Assembly (NCBI GenBank): GCA_002633005.1
Contig: NMRA01000587.1
Coordinates: 1-64,000, forward strand
Source of the DNA: Phoronis australis
Lineage: Eukaryota > Animalia > Phoronida
DNA length: 64,000 nt
Direction of reading: 5' to 3'
A model generated the notes under the pieces. The model did no database searches. It was not told where the DNA came from and saw nothing but the letters and a program-made list of their open reading frames with translations. This document shows, in pieces, positions 37,157-49,100 of this stretch. The position numbers and the translations under genes were made by a program. Position 1 is the first letter of the stretch. Every line of letters begins with the position of its first letter.

Positions 37157-39165
37157 AATCAAAATAAAACCTGTTGGAAGGAGAGAGTGGTGTGCTCATC
37201 TGAAACGGAAATAAGACTAATGTCAGTAGCACGTGCGAGTGAGTGCAGACCGCTACAATTTTCAAACACGTCCTCATTGGTTCATTTTCAGCTCTGTGAT
37301 TTTGTAAGAGTTTTGAAAGTCGCCTGTTGAAGTATTTGTCTTTTGAGTAATGATTACTTGCGAGAATGTTGCAGAAATAAGCTGCGTTTATCTCAATTTC
37401 GCTCGCAAGACCGACACTACGGGCTTCAGATTAAAGATCATTTATTAAGAAAATATAATTTTTGGGCTTCACGTTTATATACCTTAACATGAGTTGCCAA
37501 TGGATGTTTATACCCTATTTCAATTTAATTCTATAGCAATTGCAATTCTATTAACCGGCTATAATCACCAGGTTATGGTAATGACGACAAAATAACATCA
37601 TAAAGCGCAGCCAGAAAAAGGTCAACATGTGCGTTGTGTATTCTTATCCATTTTGTTCACCCACTGTACGTTTTGAGGTTGTTTATTTCGTTATGAGCCA
37701 TTATTACGCACGTTTATTAGTCCATGAATCTCTAATTACCTATCTACATAACGTTCAGAATTGTGCCGTAGACACATGAGGTTAACATCCAATTTATGTC
37801 TGTCAGAAGGCAGTAATTTCCATACGGACTAGGTGTTGCTCGACAGATTTGTGGAACAGACGCTTCTGAAGAAATTTACGAACTTCAACATTCACTGTTG
37901 TTGAGAGACACTTTGGTAATAAAAGAATCACTATGTGTTCTATTCACTTTTAAAATACGTATGTAGTTCCAAATTGAAAGCTGCCGTTTACAAACGCCAT
38001 TTTATGTGAAAATCCACAACCCACAATCTTACACTGAGTGTATGTCGTTTATGTGTGACCCTTGACCCAAGGACGTGCGCAACTGATATGTACAAATATT
38101 GGACCGCCTTAGGCGCTGAGACACTAAGCGCGGCAGTCACCAGGTGGCCAGACTGTCTCGCATAGAGTCGGCTCATCTAGAACTGGCGAACATAAGGATG
38201 AAGAATGGCGTCCACGTGCTACCTAAGTTTAAAATGATTTCAGATTATTCGTTTTGTCGTTTGTACGAGATGTAGCTTCATTGTAGCTGTCACATTTCCT
38301 CATTTCTTTTTACTGTTACCGTTCTAGGAAATATTCAGCTGAAATATAATGAAAGGTTAACAATGTTTAACGGAGTACATGTACATGAACGCAATATATA
38401 ATATGTCATTTTAGATAACACTAATCAACACACTAGTTTCGCAGTGTTGGTCATACGCCATTGTACCAAACCTTTTTTCAGGAAGTCTAGTTATAACTAC
38501 ATGGCGTAGACTATAATACAAGCCAAAAGTATACAAACAAAATGACCCGGAATTCCCCGTCATGGCGGCTGGGCGGAAGGTGGATTTATTGTCGTAAGCG
38601 TATTCCTCTCTCATGACAAAGAATGAAGTGAAATCAATGTTAACAAGGTGGCTAGGCCATTATGTTGTTAGAAATTTGCCGCACCATTAGCTATTAAAAG
38701 TAAGTTTTGTTGTTGACGGAATTAGCCGTCATGATAGACAAGCGGTTTATTGTCTGGGTACTTTTGTTTTGGAAGCCCCTGTAGTTACAAACAACAACAA
38801 CAACAACGGGAGCTGTCGATATTGCTTGGGTAATTTTAAACGGAATTATGGAAATGTAAAACCTTATAATCGACAAGCGAAAATGAAAATTATGTCCCGG
38901 TGGACATTAACCCTAGCGCAAGTTTCTCCAGGATAAAGAGCATTGCGGTCAAGTGACCGTTAACAGAAATCTATGTTATGAACTTTGTTGCAAATCGACA
39001 ACGGCAAGCAACAGCGTATGGTCACCATGAAGATGACGTATTCTGAGCGAACCAAAATAGTCCACAGAAAATACCATGAAGTGCTGTGACACTGATTCTT
39101 TCGACGTCATGAAAATTATTTAAATATTCTCATCTGTTACGAAAGCAACAGAAAAATGGAATAAC

Positions 39166-39218
39166 AGGTGTCTGTTTGTTTACAGATAACAAGGTGTCTG
39201 TTTGTTTACAGATAACAC
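39166..39218. repeat. Short tandem duplication (~26 bp)
   Basis: aggtgtctgtttgtttacagataaca twice. Confidence 0.85.
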
Positions 39219-40227
39219 AAGAACATGGAGTATCCATTTTTTATAAATTACACATATAGTGCTGCAAAGCCTGACATGATGAAGAAGAGATTATTGTGAC
39301 AAAGTGCTTTTTATTATATTTACCAGCAACGAATGGCCGTTGGGTTCCAGAGGATACCCGCAAATTATAAGGAACATGTTCTCAAATCTCAACTGCCTTT
39401 TTATTTCACTGATAGCAATGGTGTTTGCAAACGGAATTTTAAAATAACACTTCAGTATGGAACCTAAGTCCCCATTTGACAATCCACTTCCTTAAAATAT
39501 CTGTGGCTGAGCAATTTTTCAACGTTTGAAAATCTCTTACTAACCGACAAAAACTCTTGCAGTGGGCATAAATGCACCCTTTAACGAACAAAGTAGAAAA
39601 ATTGCCAAACTCCTTTCTAAACGATAAGAAGACAATTTAAAACCATGAGAAGTTGCTTAAAGATATTAAAAAATACAATCATGCCGCCAAATCAACATGT
39701 AGTTTCATAAAGGTGCAACATTTTCAAGATATTTGATCACGATTACGATTTTGTCAAGACTGTCAGTTTTTGACTTTCCAATTTTAGTGCAGTACGAAAA
39801 ACAAAAAACTCACCCTGTCTATGGATGGCCATAATAACCCAGGATCAATTCTCTATGGCCGAAACTCATCTTGAAAGCTGACCAGTTGCATGGAACACCT
39901 CGAGTAAACCTAATCCAGACTCACCTCTGCGCACACTTCCCATCCCATTAGGTGTTTGAATCCGGATTTTATTTTCGCCTGCTTCTCAAATATCGAATGG
40001 TATTTGAACAATCAGAGGGAATCATTTATTCCTAAATGTCACATAACAAGTGTTTCAACACTGGCAACTTCAGCACATCATTGAACACGCCGACAAAAAA
40101 CAAATGTCTTTATTCAGTAATAATGTAAAAATCTTGGGAAACTGGTAAGCTTCAGAGGCAGCAGACTATAAAGATTAGAGTTAACACTTATACATAGTAA
40201 CACATCTATCGTAACCAGAACTCATAC

Positions 40228-43200
40228 TTATTTCCAGTATTTAGCTTTAAGCTTTGATGACCAAGAGACCCAGTTTGCTAGTTTATTCTCTTGTCTATCA
40301 GATGATTCTTGGTTGTCATCGTCTGTTCTTTTTCTTTTGCAACATGACAGAGACACTGGGGAAGTTGGTGCAAGCTCTGGTAGGGAGATGATACTCAGAT
40401 CGTTTAGTTTACTCAACGTATCTGGGTTGAACGCGGGCACATCCTTAAAGCACTGAATACTGTCCGATGCAGACTTTGGCACACACAAATCGTTTTTCTT
40501 AAAATGCTTGTTACCAACAAACTCATTTCCATCCATTAGTTCGTCTACAGCAAAAGAACAGTGAGCAGTTGTTGACTTACAACAATCGTTTTCCCTAAGC
40601 ATCGAAAAACTTTGCTCATCTGGTGAGGCACGCTGTTTATTCAATTCTCCGAGGAAAATTGATCTCTCGTACAGCATCTCGTTGCTTGAGGAAGACTCGT
40701 CTGAATGAACAACAACGCTTTCGAGACAATCTTCTTGCCCCATAGCACTTGATTGGAACTCTGGTCGTTGCGGTATGTAGCTTTTCACCGTTTTGTTCAT
40801 GTCCACAAAGCATGTTTCATTTTTGGTGTTAGACACCGTCGCAAACGCCGATTTCGGCATCTGGTTTTGATGATCACCATAACATTGTCGTGTGGAGCGG
40901 AAACTAGCCATGGCCCCTGGTTCTGATTCTGAGTTTTCGCGTAGCGCAATAGGTACGTTTGGTGCCAAAGGATCTTGTTGTTGGGGTTGGAAGTAAGGAA
41001 ACCACATTTGACTTCCAGAATTGACAACTGACATCGTACTACTATGATTTGTCTGGTACGGGAGCGGCGAAGTATCTGTCCAATATGGCGTAGGAGATGG
41101 AGTGCGTTGTGTTTTTGTCCCATAAGCAACATCCACTGAAAATTGCATCGTCGGTGAACACGGCGTTTCTTGAATTGAAATTGAAGGCACAGGGGACAAA
41201 GAACCTTGCATCTGTTTTCGCGAAGCTGACCCAACAGTCAAATATTCCGTCGCTGGTATTCGCGATGAAGGAGAAGAATAAAATCGGCTTGGCATCCTGT
41301 TTCCCGAAACTGTTACATACTTTTCTGAAGGCGTTTGCCTTGATGTAGAATTTCTGTCTAAAGACGCACGAAATTCATTTGCAGAAGAAATAGACGTGAA
41401 TGTGTTTGTATTCAGAAGTTTAGGTTCATCGATGTTTTCGCCAAGCAATGGCAGTGGATCTCCCAACAAGGTGCTTGGCTTGCTGTGGGCGGAATAAGAC
41501 GATGACTGCATATCTTGCTTATCGTCGGTTGTGTGGAGTGGGCATGTTACTGTTATATGCACTGGCGTCAAACGCGCACTGGTTTTCTCGTCACTGGTTA
41601 AAATCTCTTCCATATCTATTACGCAACACTGTGGCTGAGGAGAAACCCACGTCCTGTTATCAACACACACAGGGGACCCACGTGCGCTTGTACCTAAATC
41701 AACTGACTGTACACTCTCAACTTCGGTCCAGCACGACTGAGTACGTGGCGACATCACTGTGCCTCGATCATATTTGTATGGTGACACCTGTGGACTAGTC
41801 GACTCGTTTCGGGCAGGAACGTGATCAACTTCTGTCCAGCATGATCTCTGGAATGGTGACGTCAACGTTTGGCGGTTATCGAGGATAGGGGGCGTCGGTG
41901 GGCTTGTGGTTGTTTCACGAGCAGGCGGAATCTCGACTTCAGTCCAACGACTCTGTAAACGGAAAGTAGTGGTTCCCTGATCGTATGTGACGGGCGAATT
42001 GAGAGCGCTAGTGGAACTTTCGGTGACATGCGGACGATCCACCTCTGTCCATGTGGAGTTTTCCGTGGGAGAAGTCATAGCAGATCGTTCGTACATGTCT
42101 GCAGGCTTCTGTAAATCTGTTTCTGTGAAGGTGTCGCGCACGTGACCACCGTTCGTCCAACTGGTGGTGGAGGCTGTCAAACTTTCAGACGTATTTGTAG
42201 TTTCAGCTTCGCATGATTTGAAACCAGTATTGCAATCACCATCGCAATTCATTGAGATTTCTACATAGTCTGTTTTTAGGGAAAACGAGACAGGGGAAGT
42301 GTTTTTCTCTTCCCAACCTCTCGGTACTCGTAGACCAACATCCGAAGAATGGTTTGCAAGGCAACTAGATTTTGGGACTAGTCCTTCCTTGTATTCAGGG
42401 CGACCGAAACTAGAATGGGTGGCAAAATTATCGAAAATATGTTCTGGCCGCAATTGAAAGTTTTCAGCGTTGTTACTATCGTTCAGTATTCCTTTTTTAA
42501 TGCTAGGTAGACGATTGAGAGCCAGCGCTTCCCGAGTGAACTTAGACATTTGTATAAGACTGTTGTCGAATGCGTATACAAAATCGTCAAAGTCACAGAA
42601 TTTCACTTGGTCTTCTGGTGCCAACAGAACTGAAGTGTTTTGTTCACTACCCGTTATATGTTGATTAGCACTAACTTGTATAGTTCCTTCCTCTGTACCA
42701 CTGGTGCTTGGCTTTCTTTGAGTTTGTTCGTTCAATACGTCAAAACCTTTTACACCACTTGGGTCAAACTCTGGAAGGCTACCCCAATATGGATTTTCAG
42801 TTATTTGATTAGAATTGATGTCTCTTGCCATATCTCTGACGGCGCGGTAAAAATTCTCTCCAACAGAAACTTCTGGTCTGCCCTTAAAGGCTGGTGATAT
42901 AGAAGACGGCGACACGTCGAATTTTGACTTCGGATACGAGTAATTCTCGTTAGCCAGTTTGGTATCATCAAAGCGTCCTAAAGTTTTCAGTTCATTTGGT
43001 GGTGTTTGTGATGGATAACTGGAGTCCAGCATAAAAGAAGGCTGATTAGCATGAGAACGTACTGAATTACAACTGGGCTTATTTTGATTGTTGTCTATTA
43101 TGAGTGTCAAAGGGGGCGGTGCTTTCTGACAATCGAGGCGTATACCCAGTTTTATCGAGGAACGGCTCACACAGGGCTCCTGACCAAACTTTGACAATGA

Positions 43201-45849
43201 ATTGGTATAACACCCACCTCTAGAGACGCAAGGCAACGGTTCCTTGTCCTGAGGCAATGCCTGAAAGGTCGAGCTGACGGACACAGAGCAATTATCTCCC
43301 AAACCAATGTTAAGACGAACGGGAGACCCTCGCGCTTCATCTATAGGCATACGTATTGAAATGCTGTCCGTTGGTTGCATGCTCCTATCGTCTTCACTTT
43401 GCTGTAGACATGTGTTGTATCTAGGCAACACATCGTTTGAACAGTGCGCCAGCTCAGCTGCAATAGATGGCTCCCCTGGGCGTTCACCGTGACACTCATT
43501 TTCGTCCAGTTCGTCCAATCTTATCGGACTGTCATGGAAACTTCTTTTTAGTCTTTTAGTAATGTAGTCTGGCACAGCATAGATGCTGTCGCCAAACTTA
43601 ATTGGCGCAAAGGCAGAACGAGCACGCGTGTACCACTGCGGATCGAAGATTTGCGTCTCGCGTGTTCTATCCTGAAAATCCGCCTCATTCCTTTCATGCA
43701 AAACTATGTTTAGTTGAGCTTCCGAGTGATACTTTCGTTTACGCTTTTCCAGTATGTTAGATACCTCTTGATCTAAGTAATCTGGAATGTTATCTATATT
43801 TGCGATGAAACCTTGAGTGTAAGCCTGCGAGGTGCTGGGAAATGAAGCCGGATAGCATTGAGTAATATCAGGTGGTGTAAACGAAAGCTGTGATAACGGA
43901 TGTTTTACTACAGTCTCGTCTGGTGAAGTCGAAATTGTGACTGGATCAGTAGGCTCATCTGGTCCAGTCATACACGTCAGTGTACTTCCGGGATAACCAC
44001 GAAACGGACATGAGTTAGGCGTTGCCATGGACTTGACCTCCGTTGGTTCTACACCTACAAGCGATCTGCTGGGCGAGTAACACCTAGGCCGACCCACACA
44101 AGGAAATGTTGCAGGACTTTTTGACACATTTTTTAGGCCTACAACGTTTTCGTTATCAGTCGGAAAGTCACAGCGTCGTCCAAAATTCCCTTGTCCTGGC
44201 CCGTCACTTGATAGCGGTTTTTCATTTACTGTGGCCAAACATGGCTGCACCCGCTCCGACGGAGATCCACAACTCATCATTGAAATCATACTTTGCATCT
44301 GTAGTCTTTCTGCGTCTAAAAATACACTCAAAATATCCATCACCGTTTCACCAAGCGCACGCGACTCTCTTAAGTTTTGCGATGAGTCTTGAACTTCCTG
44401 CTCATTCGCAAATATCCGGCTAACCCAACTATTATAAACGTATTGTCCTTTGATTTCGTTTGACACACTACCACTAACATACGATGGAGCTGAAAGCAAT
44501 GGCTCTCTACTGACATTAGACGGAGAAATTGGGGGGCTTTGTAATGCTTGACGTTTTTCTGGTGAATAGTTATCAATTCCAGCCGCCAATGTAGTCTCCG
44601 TGGCCGTGTCACAAGTCCTTGTTTTAGGTGAGATCATGACTTCACCAGGTCTTTCAAGTCTACTCATCTTAGAGATCTGAAGACCCGCCTTTGCTTCTAG
44701 CTCTTTATCACCTTCGATACACTCCGCCGCTGGAGCAATAATTTGATACTCGTCATCCAATAGTTCAGGCTCACTTGTTTGAGAAACCAACATGGTGGTG
44801 GTTTGTTTTGGTGTTTCTTCACCCTCTCTCTGTTGGTCTAATGGTATATAATTATCCTGGATATTTTGAGCTTCGCCTGAAATAGGCTTAAGGGAAGTCT
44901 CATCTGGTTGTTGCGAAGGTTTCTTCTTCAATCCAAATTCAACATCTGTGGAATCATTTTCCCTTCCAACACTTGCGGTAAGACTGGGGCGCTGTTCGTC
45001 TGTCGAGACTTGCGACGAACCCATGACACGTTCATTTTTCTCTTTGCTTTGTGCAACATCCGCCACCAATCCGAATTCTACTGATGCTGGAGTTGATTGG
45101 GTTCCGTACATGTCCATCAATGCCACTGATGACGATCTGTCATCACCTAAATTGGGTGATGTTATGTTGGGTGTGAGATCCCTGCACAAAGTGCCTTGCG
45201 TCCCAAGGCTCGCTGTCCCTGAAAATTGCTGCGTAGCTCCTGCTCTCTTCCACTCTAGCAATTTTCCCTGGAATAACTCCATCGACTCTCTTCCAGAACT
45301 GTCTGACCACCTGTTGAGCCTGGCGTTCATAAGGGTTTCTGAGGTGTTATATTGTTGAATCATCGGCGCTTCTTCAGAGGACTGACAAACAGCTGAGTCA
45401 CTGCCACCTTGTGCAACGACTAGGATAGACTCCAAATTGTCAAATTTTGACGCTTGCTCCTCCGGTGCAGATATATTACCTTCTTCACTATATTTGTTCG
45501 TATCGAGCTCGTCCATTTTCTCAGATATTAGCGGGGACAGGTCTTTCTCATCTTTTATCGAACCACTACTGCCACCTGTTGCTTCTTGGCTTTCTGTCTC
45601 TGACACATCTGTTTTACGTTCGCTTTCTTGTTCTTCTGTTATTATTTCTAAAGAAGGTTCAAGTTTGCTTACGCGTTTGATGGACTTCCTCGAGTCAAAT
45701 CCTTTGGTTTTGTCCGTAGTTGTTTTTCCAGTTTTCTTCTTACCCGTCTTTTTGCATTTGGCACATGTTATGAAGAAAACAAATAACATCACGACGGTTG
45801 ATAAAAGGGCCAGACATGTCATCCACCAGTTTTTGTTCAGTTCCAACAT
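40228..45849 (-). CDS. 1873-aa single-pass membrane protein (N-terminal TM, juxtamembrane CxxC, long disordered tail with WTEV repeats)
   Basis: 5.6-kb ORF from ATG; hydrophobic WWMTCLALLSTVVMLFVFFIT followed by CAKC and a polybasic stretch; minus-strand AATAAA at 40109-40114 and 40025-40030. Confidence 0.88.
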   Translation of the reverse strand: MLELNKNWWMTCLALLSTVVMLFVFFITCAKCKKTGKKKTGKTTTDKTKGFDSRKSIKRVSKLEPSLEIITEEQESERKTDVSETESQEATGGSSGSIKDEKDLSPLISEKMDELDTNKYSEEGNISAPEEQASKFDNLESILVVAQGGSDSAVCQSSEEAPMIQQYNTSETLMNARLNRWSDSSGRESMELFQGKLLEWKRAGATQQFSGTASLGTQGTLCRDLTPNITSPNLGDDRSSSVALMDMYGTQSTPASVEFGLVADVAQSKEKNERVMGSSQVSTDEQRPSLTASVGRENDSTDVEFGLKKKPSQQPDETSLKPISGEAQNIQDNYIPLDQQREGEETPKQTTTMLVSQTSEPELLDDEYQIIAPAAECIEGDKELEAKAGLQISKMSRLERPGEVMISPKTRTCDTATETTLAAGIDNYSPEKRQALQSPPISPSNVSREPLLSAPSYVSGSVSNEIKGQYVYNSWVSRIFANEQEVQDSSQNLRESRALGETVMDILSVFLDAERLQMQSMISMMSCGSPSERVQPCLATVNEKPLSSDGPGQGNFGRRCDFPTDNENVVGLKNVSKSPATFPCVGRPRCYSPSRSLVGVEPTEVKSMATPNSCPFRGYPGSTLTCMTGPDEPTDPVTISTSPDETVVKHPLSQLSFTPPDITQCYPASFPSTSQAYTQGFIANIDNIPDYLDQEVSNILEKRKRKYHSEAQLNIVLHERNEADFQDRTRETQIFDPQWYTRARSAFAPIKFGDSIYAVPDYITKRLKRSFHDSPIRLDELDENECHGERPGEPSIAAELAHCSNDVLPRYNTCLQQSEDDRSMQPTDSISIRMPIDEARGSPVRLNIGLGDNCSVSVSSTFQALPQDKEPLPCVSRGGCYTNSLSKFGQEPCVSRSSIKLGIRLDCQKAPPPLTLIIDNNQNKPSCNSVRSHANQPSFMLDSSYPSQTPPNELKTLGRFDDTKLANENYSYPKSKFDVSPSSISPAFKGRPEVSVGENFYRAVRDMARDINSNQITENPYWGSLPEFDPSGVKGFDVLNEQTQRKPSTSGTEEGTIQVSANQHITGSEQNTSVLLAPEDQVKFCDFDDFVYAFDNSLIQMSKFTREALALNRLPSIKKGILNDSNNAENFQLRPEHIFDNFATHSSFGRPEYKEGLVPKSSCLANHSSDVGLRVPRGWEEKNTSPVSFSLKTDYVEISMNCDGDCNTGFKSCEAETTNTSESLTASTTSWTNGGHVRDTFTETDLQKPADMYERSAMTSPTENSTWTEVDRPHVTESSTSALNSPVTYDQGTTTFRLQSRWTEVEIPPARETTTSPPTPPILDNRQTLTSPFQRSCWTEVDHVPARNESTSPQVSPYKYDRGTVMSPRTQSCWTEVESVQSVDLGTSARGSPVCVDNRTWVSPQPQCCVIDMEEILTSDEKTSARLTPVHITVTCPLHTTDDKQDMQSSSYSAHSKPSTLLGDPLPLLGENIDEPKLLNTNTFTSISSANEFRASLDRNSTSRQTPSEKYVTVSGNRMPSRFYSSPSSRIPATEYLTVGSASRKQMQGSLSPVPSISIQETPCSPTMQFSVDVAYGTKTQRTPSPTPYWTDTSPLPYQTNHSSTMSVVNSGSQMWFPYFQPQQQDPLAPNVPIALRENSESEPGAMASFRSTRQCYGDHQNQMPKSAFATVSNTKNETCFVDMNKTVKSYIPQRPEFQSSAMGQEDCLESVVVHSDESSSSNEMLYERSIFLGELNKQRASPDEQSFSMLRENDCCKSTTAHCSFAVDELMDGNEFVGNKHFKKNDLCVPKSASDSIQCFKDVPAFNPDTLSKLNDLSIISLPELAPTSPVSLSCCKRKRTDDDNQESSDRQENKLANWVSWSSKLKAKYWK

Positions 45850-46148
45850 GACTTTAAGAACAAACTCTTGGATTTAGCTTTTATTATCTATACACATTGG
45901 TATAATATACGTGATTAAATCTTTTCGCAGTATGCACACATATAACAACACATACATCTGCAATTATGCAATGACATCATATCCAGTGACGCAATAACCA
46001 TCTACAACCTTAATCCCATATTCTGTATGGTGAACCAGGGACCGAATCTCTTGTGTTTAATGTTGTCGTTCAACACTGACCAAAAGCAAGCCTTTTTAAC
46101 CCATTGACTGGCGCCAGAGTGTTTAAATCTGCAGAAAGTAATTTTAAA
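45850..46148. promoter_or_regulatory. Putative ~300-bp bidirectional promoter
   Basis: Head-to-head ATGs at 45849 (-) and 46149 (+); clustered bZIP-type sites TTATGCAA (45964), TGACATCA (45972), TGACGCAA (45987). Confidence 0.5.
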
Positions 46149-49100
46149 ATGATAAAAAGAAAGCCTCGCAGCAAAATTACACAAATCAAGCTCACGCATG
46201 TTGTTCCCTCAAAAGACCACTTCGTGGTTAGCTTAAGCAAAGCATTCTTAAGTGATGAAAATGCTTTCAAACCAATTTTTCGTGTTCAAGACTGTCCAGC
46301 GAAAACGCATAGCATTAGTTCAACAAAACCGACAATGGCACGAAAGAAAACAATAACAACAAAAATAACTGAAACATCAAGCTGTGGAACTCAGACCACA
46401 GTGGACGATTTTGAGGCATTCCAGACTGCAAGTCACCTACGCGCTCTAAGGTTAATCAAAGGTCAAACAGTTCAAATCCATCGACGTAACAAGAGTGCAA
46501 GTGTCCTTCAAAAACAACAGAATCAAAATCCCGCTGTTCCACGGCGCAGTCGGACAGCAGTAGTTGACTCACGCGCAATTGGTACTGACAGCGTTTGTGA
46601 AGGCGTCTTGTGTGAAGAAGGCCATTCATCTACTATGACACGTGACCGACCGAAGGACATAAGTTACAATAACAATTCAAGGTATGATTCAGATAATAAA
46701 AGCAAGACACCTGCACAACCAATCTGGAAAACTCAAAAAGAAAACGCAGCGGTCGATGAAAGGTTAGGTACTACCAGACAAACCATTTCCAAGACTGTAA
46801 ACCAGTCGAAGATTAAAGCCAGTTTAAACCAGAGTAATTCCATAAAGCCGAATGCTTATACTATCGGAAGAACACAGCATTTTCACACTCAAAACACCAG
46901 TTATGGCCCTCCAAGTGTTACTACCGCACCAGCTTTGCGACGAGGTTTCGTGCGTGGAAATGTAACAGAAACAAAAGCTAGTGCCCTCCCAGCAAAGGAA
47001 AACGCAACACTGCAAGATGTGATTGAAGAGCTACTCTCGAAACCTCAAGCAGCACCTATAAAGTCATGGCAGCCGCCACGTAAGCGCAATGTACCTGCCG
47101 CTAACAGTTTTTCGACAAAACAAGTTCACGTGACCCCACCTGCTGGAAAAGCACCTCCATCTAAACCTTATATACACTCCGAGTTTCGTGAGGTTTCGCA
47201 TTTTGAACACCCGCCAAGAAAACGGTCGGATTCCGACGGCACTGACATAGAAGACGAGTTACCCCATCAACTAAGTACTCAAGCATCACTAGACCCTGCA
47301 GATGTGTTGCTTGTAGAACAGTTGTCGATCGTGACAGATTCTGATAGAACAGGTTCAAGCATCAGTGCGGGCATTTCTTCTGGAGTACAGGAAGTAAGCA
47401 GGAGTATTTTGGCAAAACGGAAGAAGCCTTCTAAACGAAAGAAAGTTTCCTTCAATGCAAAACTGGTGAGTAATGCAACTGATAAAAACTTAATCACGCA
47501 CACAAAAGATACCGAGAGCGAAACGCAAACTGCAGACGGAGTAGAATCGACAGAATTGGAATACGAGGATGCTGTGACATTGAAGGTAGAGAAATTGCCG
47601 CTGGGATCTCCTGAACGCAAGATGATTTTGGCGAATTACCTGCACAACGACTTATTAGTCGAGAACGTGGATGCAATTCCGGACAGTCACGACCGTGACA
47701 AGGTCGTTTCTATCACTAGTCCGATTAAGAAATATCACGCCGATATTTACTTGGATCTAAGTCATGACATTGCTCCTGCAACGCCTCAAATACAGAATGA
47801 CGATGTTCCTAAAAGCAAAGGTTTCGTAAAACGTAGAGATACAGAGAGGGAAGGGACAGCGTTGCAACCTGCACAAGTTATGATACAAGCAACAAATTCA
47901 ACCACCGTTTGGCCTATTAGCAGAGACTTACACAAGTCGGAGCAGTCAATCACAGGTAGTCTGCAACCCAATTTAAGCTTATGTCAAACACACTCAGATA
48001 GATCGCTTGAACAAGCGATTATAAAAGGAAGTAAAATGGCATTCACAGAGAAAATTGCAAGCACACCGCCACCAACGGTCCGCCCTGCATCAAACAAAAA
48101 GCCTTTAATAAGAACAAGTGGCAAAAGTGAGTGCAAAACAATTACGAGTGATGACGACACAACAGTTAAGTCCACAGGCACTAGGCGCACGGGTTTGAGG
48201 CCCCGTAGCAAAACATCAGCGCCCAAGAAAAAACGGAAAAAAACGAAGTTGAAACATTTCATGACGCCTGTAAAACTTGCGGCACCGTTTCCACTTCCGA
48301 TGCCAGAATCATATGTCGACCCAAGTAAACCTGTTACTACAATGAAAGAAGAATTTCATTTAGAAGACCAAATTAAAAAAGTTAAGAACAGAAAATACTG
48401 GAATCCAACTATTGCTTTAATGCTGAATAAGGAACAGACCGATGAAGAAGTAAACAACAATGCGGAAGCGAGTCATGTGGCCCCCAATGGAATTCAACTA
48501 CCCACTACTGCTGGGCTTCAGGAAGAAACGCAAGTTGAACAACGGGCACTTCCACTGCATACCTTTGTACCGGACAAAAATGGCCCTAGAGAGTACTTGA
48601 CTACTAAACCGGAGTTAAACATGACTATAGACCAATTGTACCACGACGTAGTTGAAATGGAGCATCAAGATAAGAGACACACATTTTACATCAACGTGAA
48701 ATCGGGCTCCCTTGGTAACGCAGCTCAACGTTTTGAACATGGTGCCAAAAACGAAGTTATACCGGTGACTAAGATTTCTTTCAATAAAAAGCTAGACAAG
48801 CGTCACCGTTCCACAATACATAGACATGAATTTGACTCTCCCCATGCATTGAGTCTTACGGGAAGCCACCAGGACCATCACAGAATCGTGCCGTACCAGG
48901 AGAATACGATTCTAAATCAAGTCCAAATCCTCCAGTCTTTGCTACAGCGCGACGAAGAGCACCAACAAGCGCTTTCGAAAATTGATCAGCAGCGGCAGTT
49001 AACTCCCAGTCGACGAAGACTTGAAACTTCTAAACGCCCTGATCAATCGAGAATCTCATTTGCGGCTCTAAATCATAGGAAGAGTGTGACCAATAATTCG

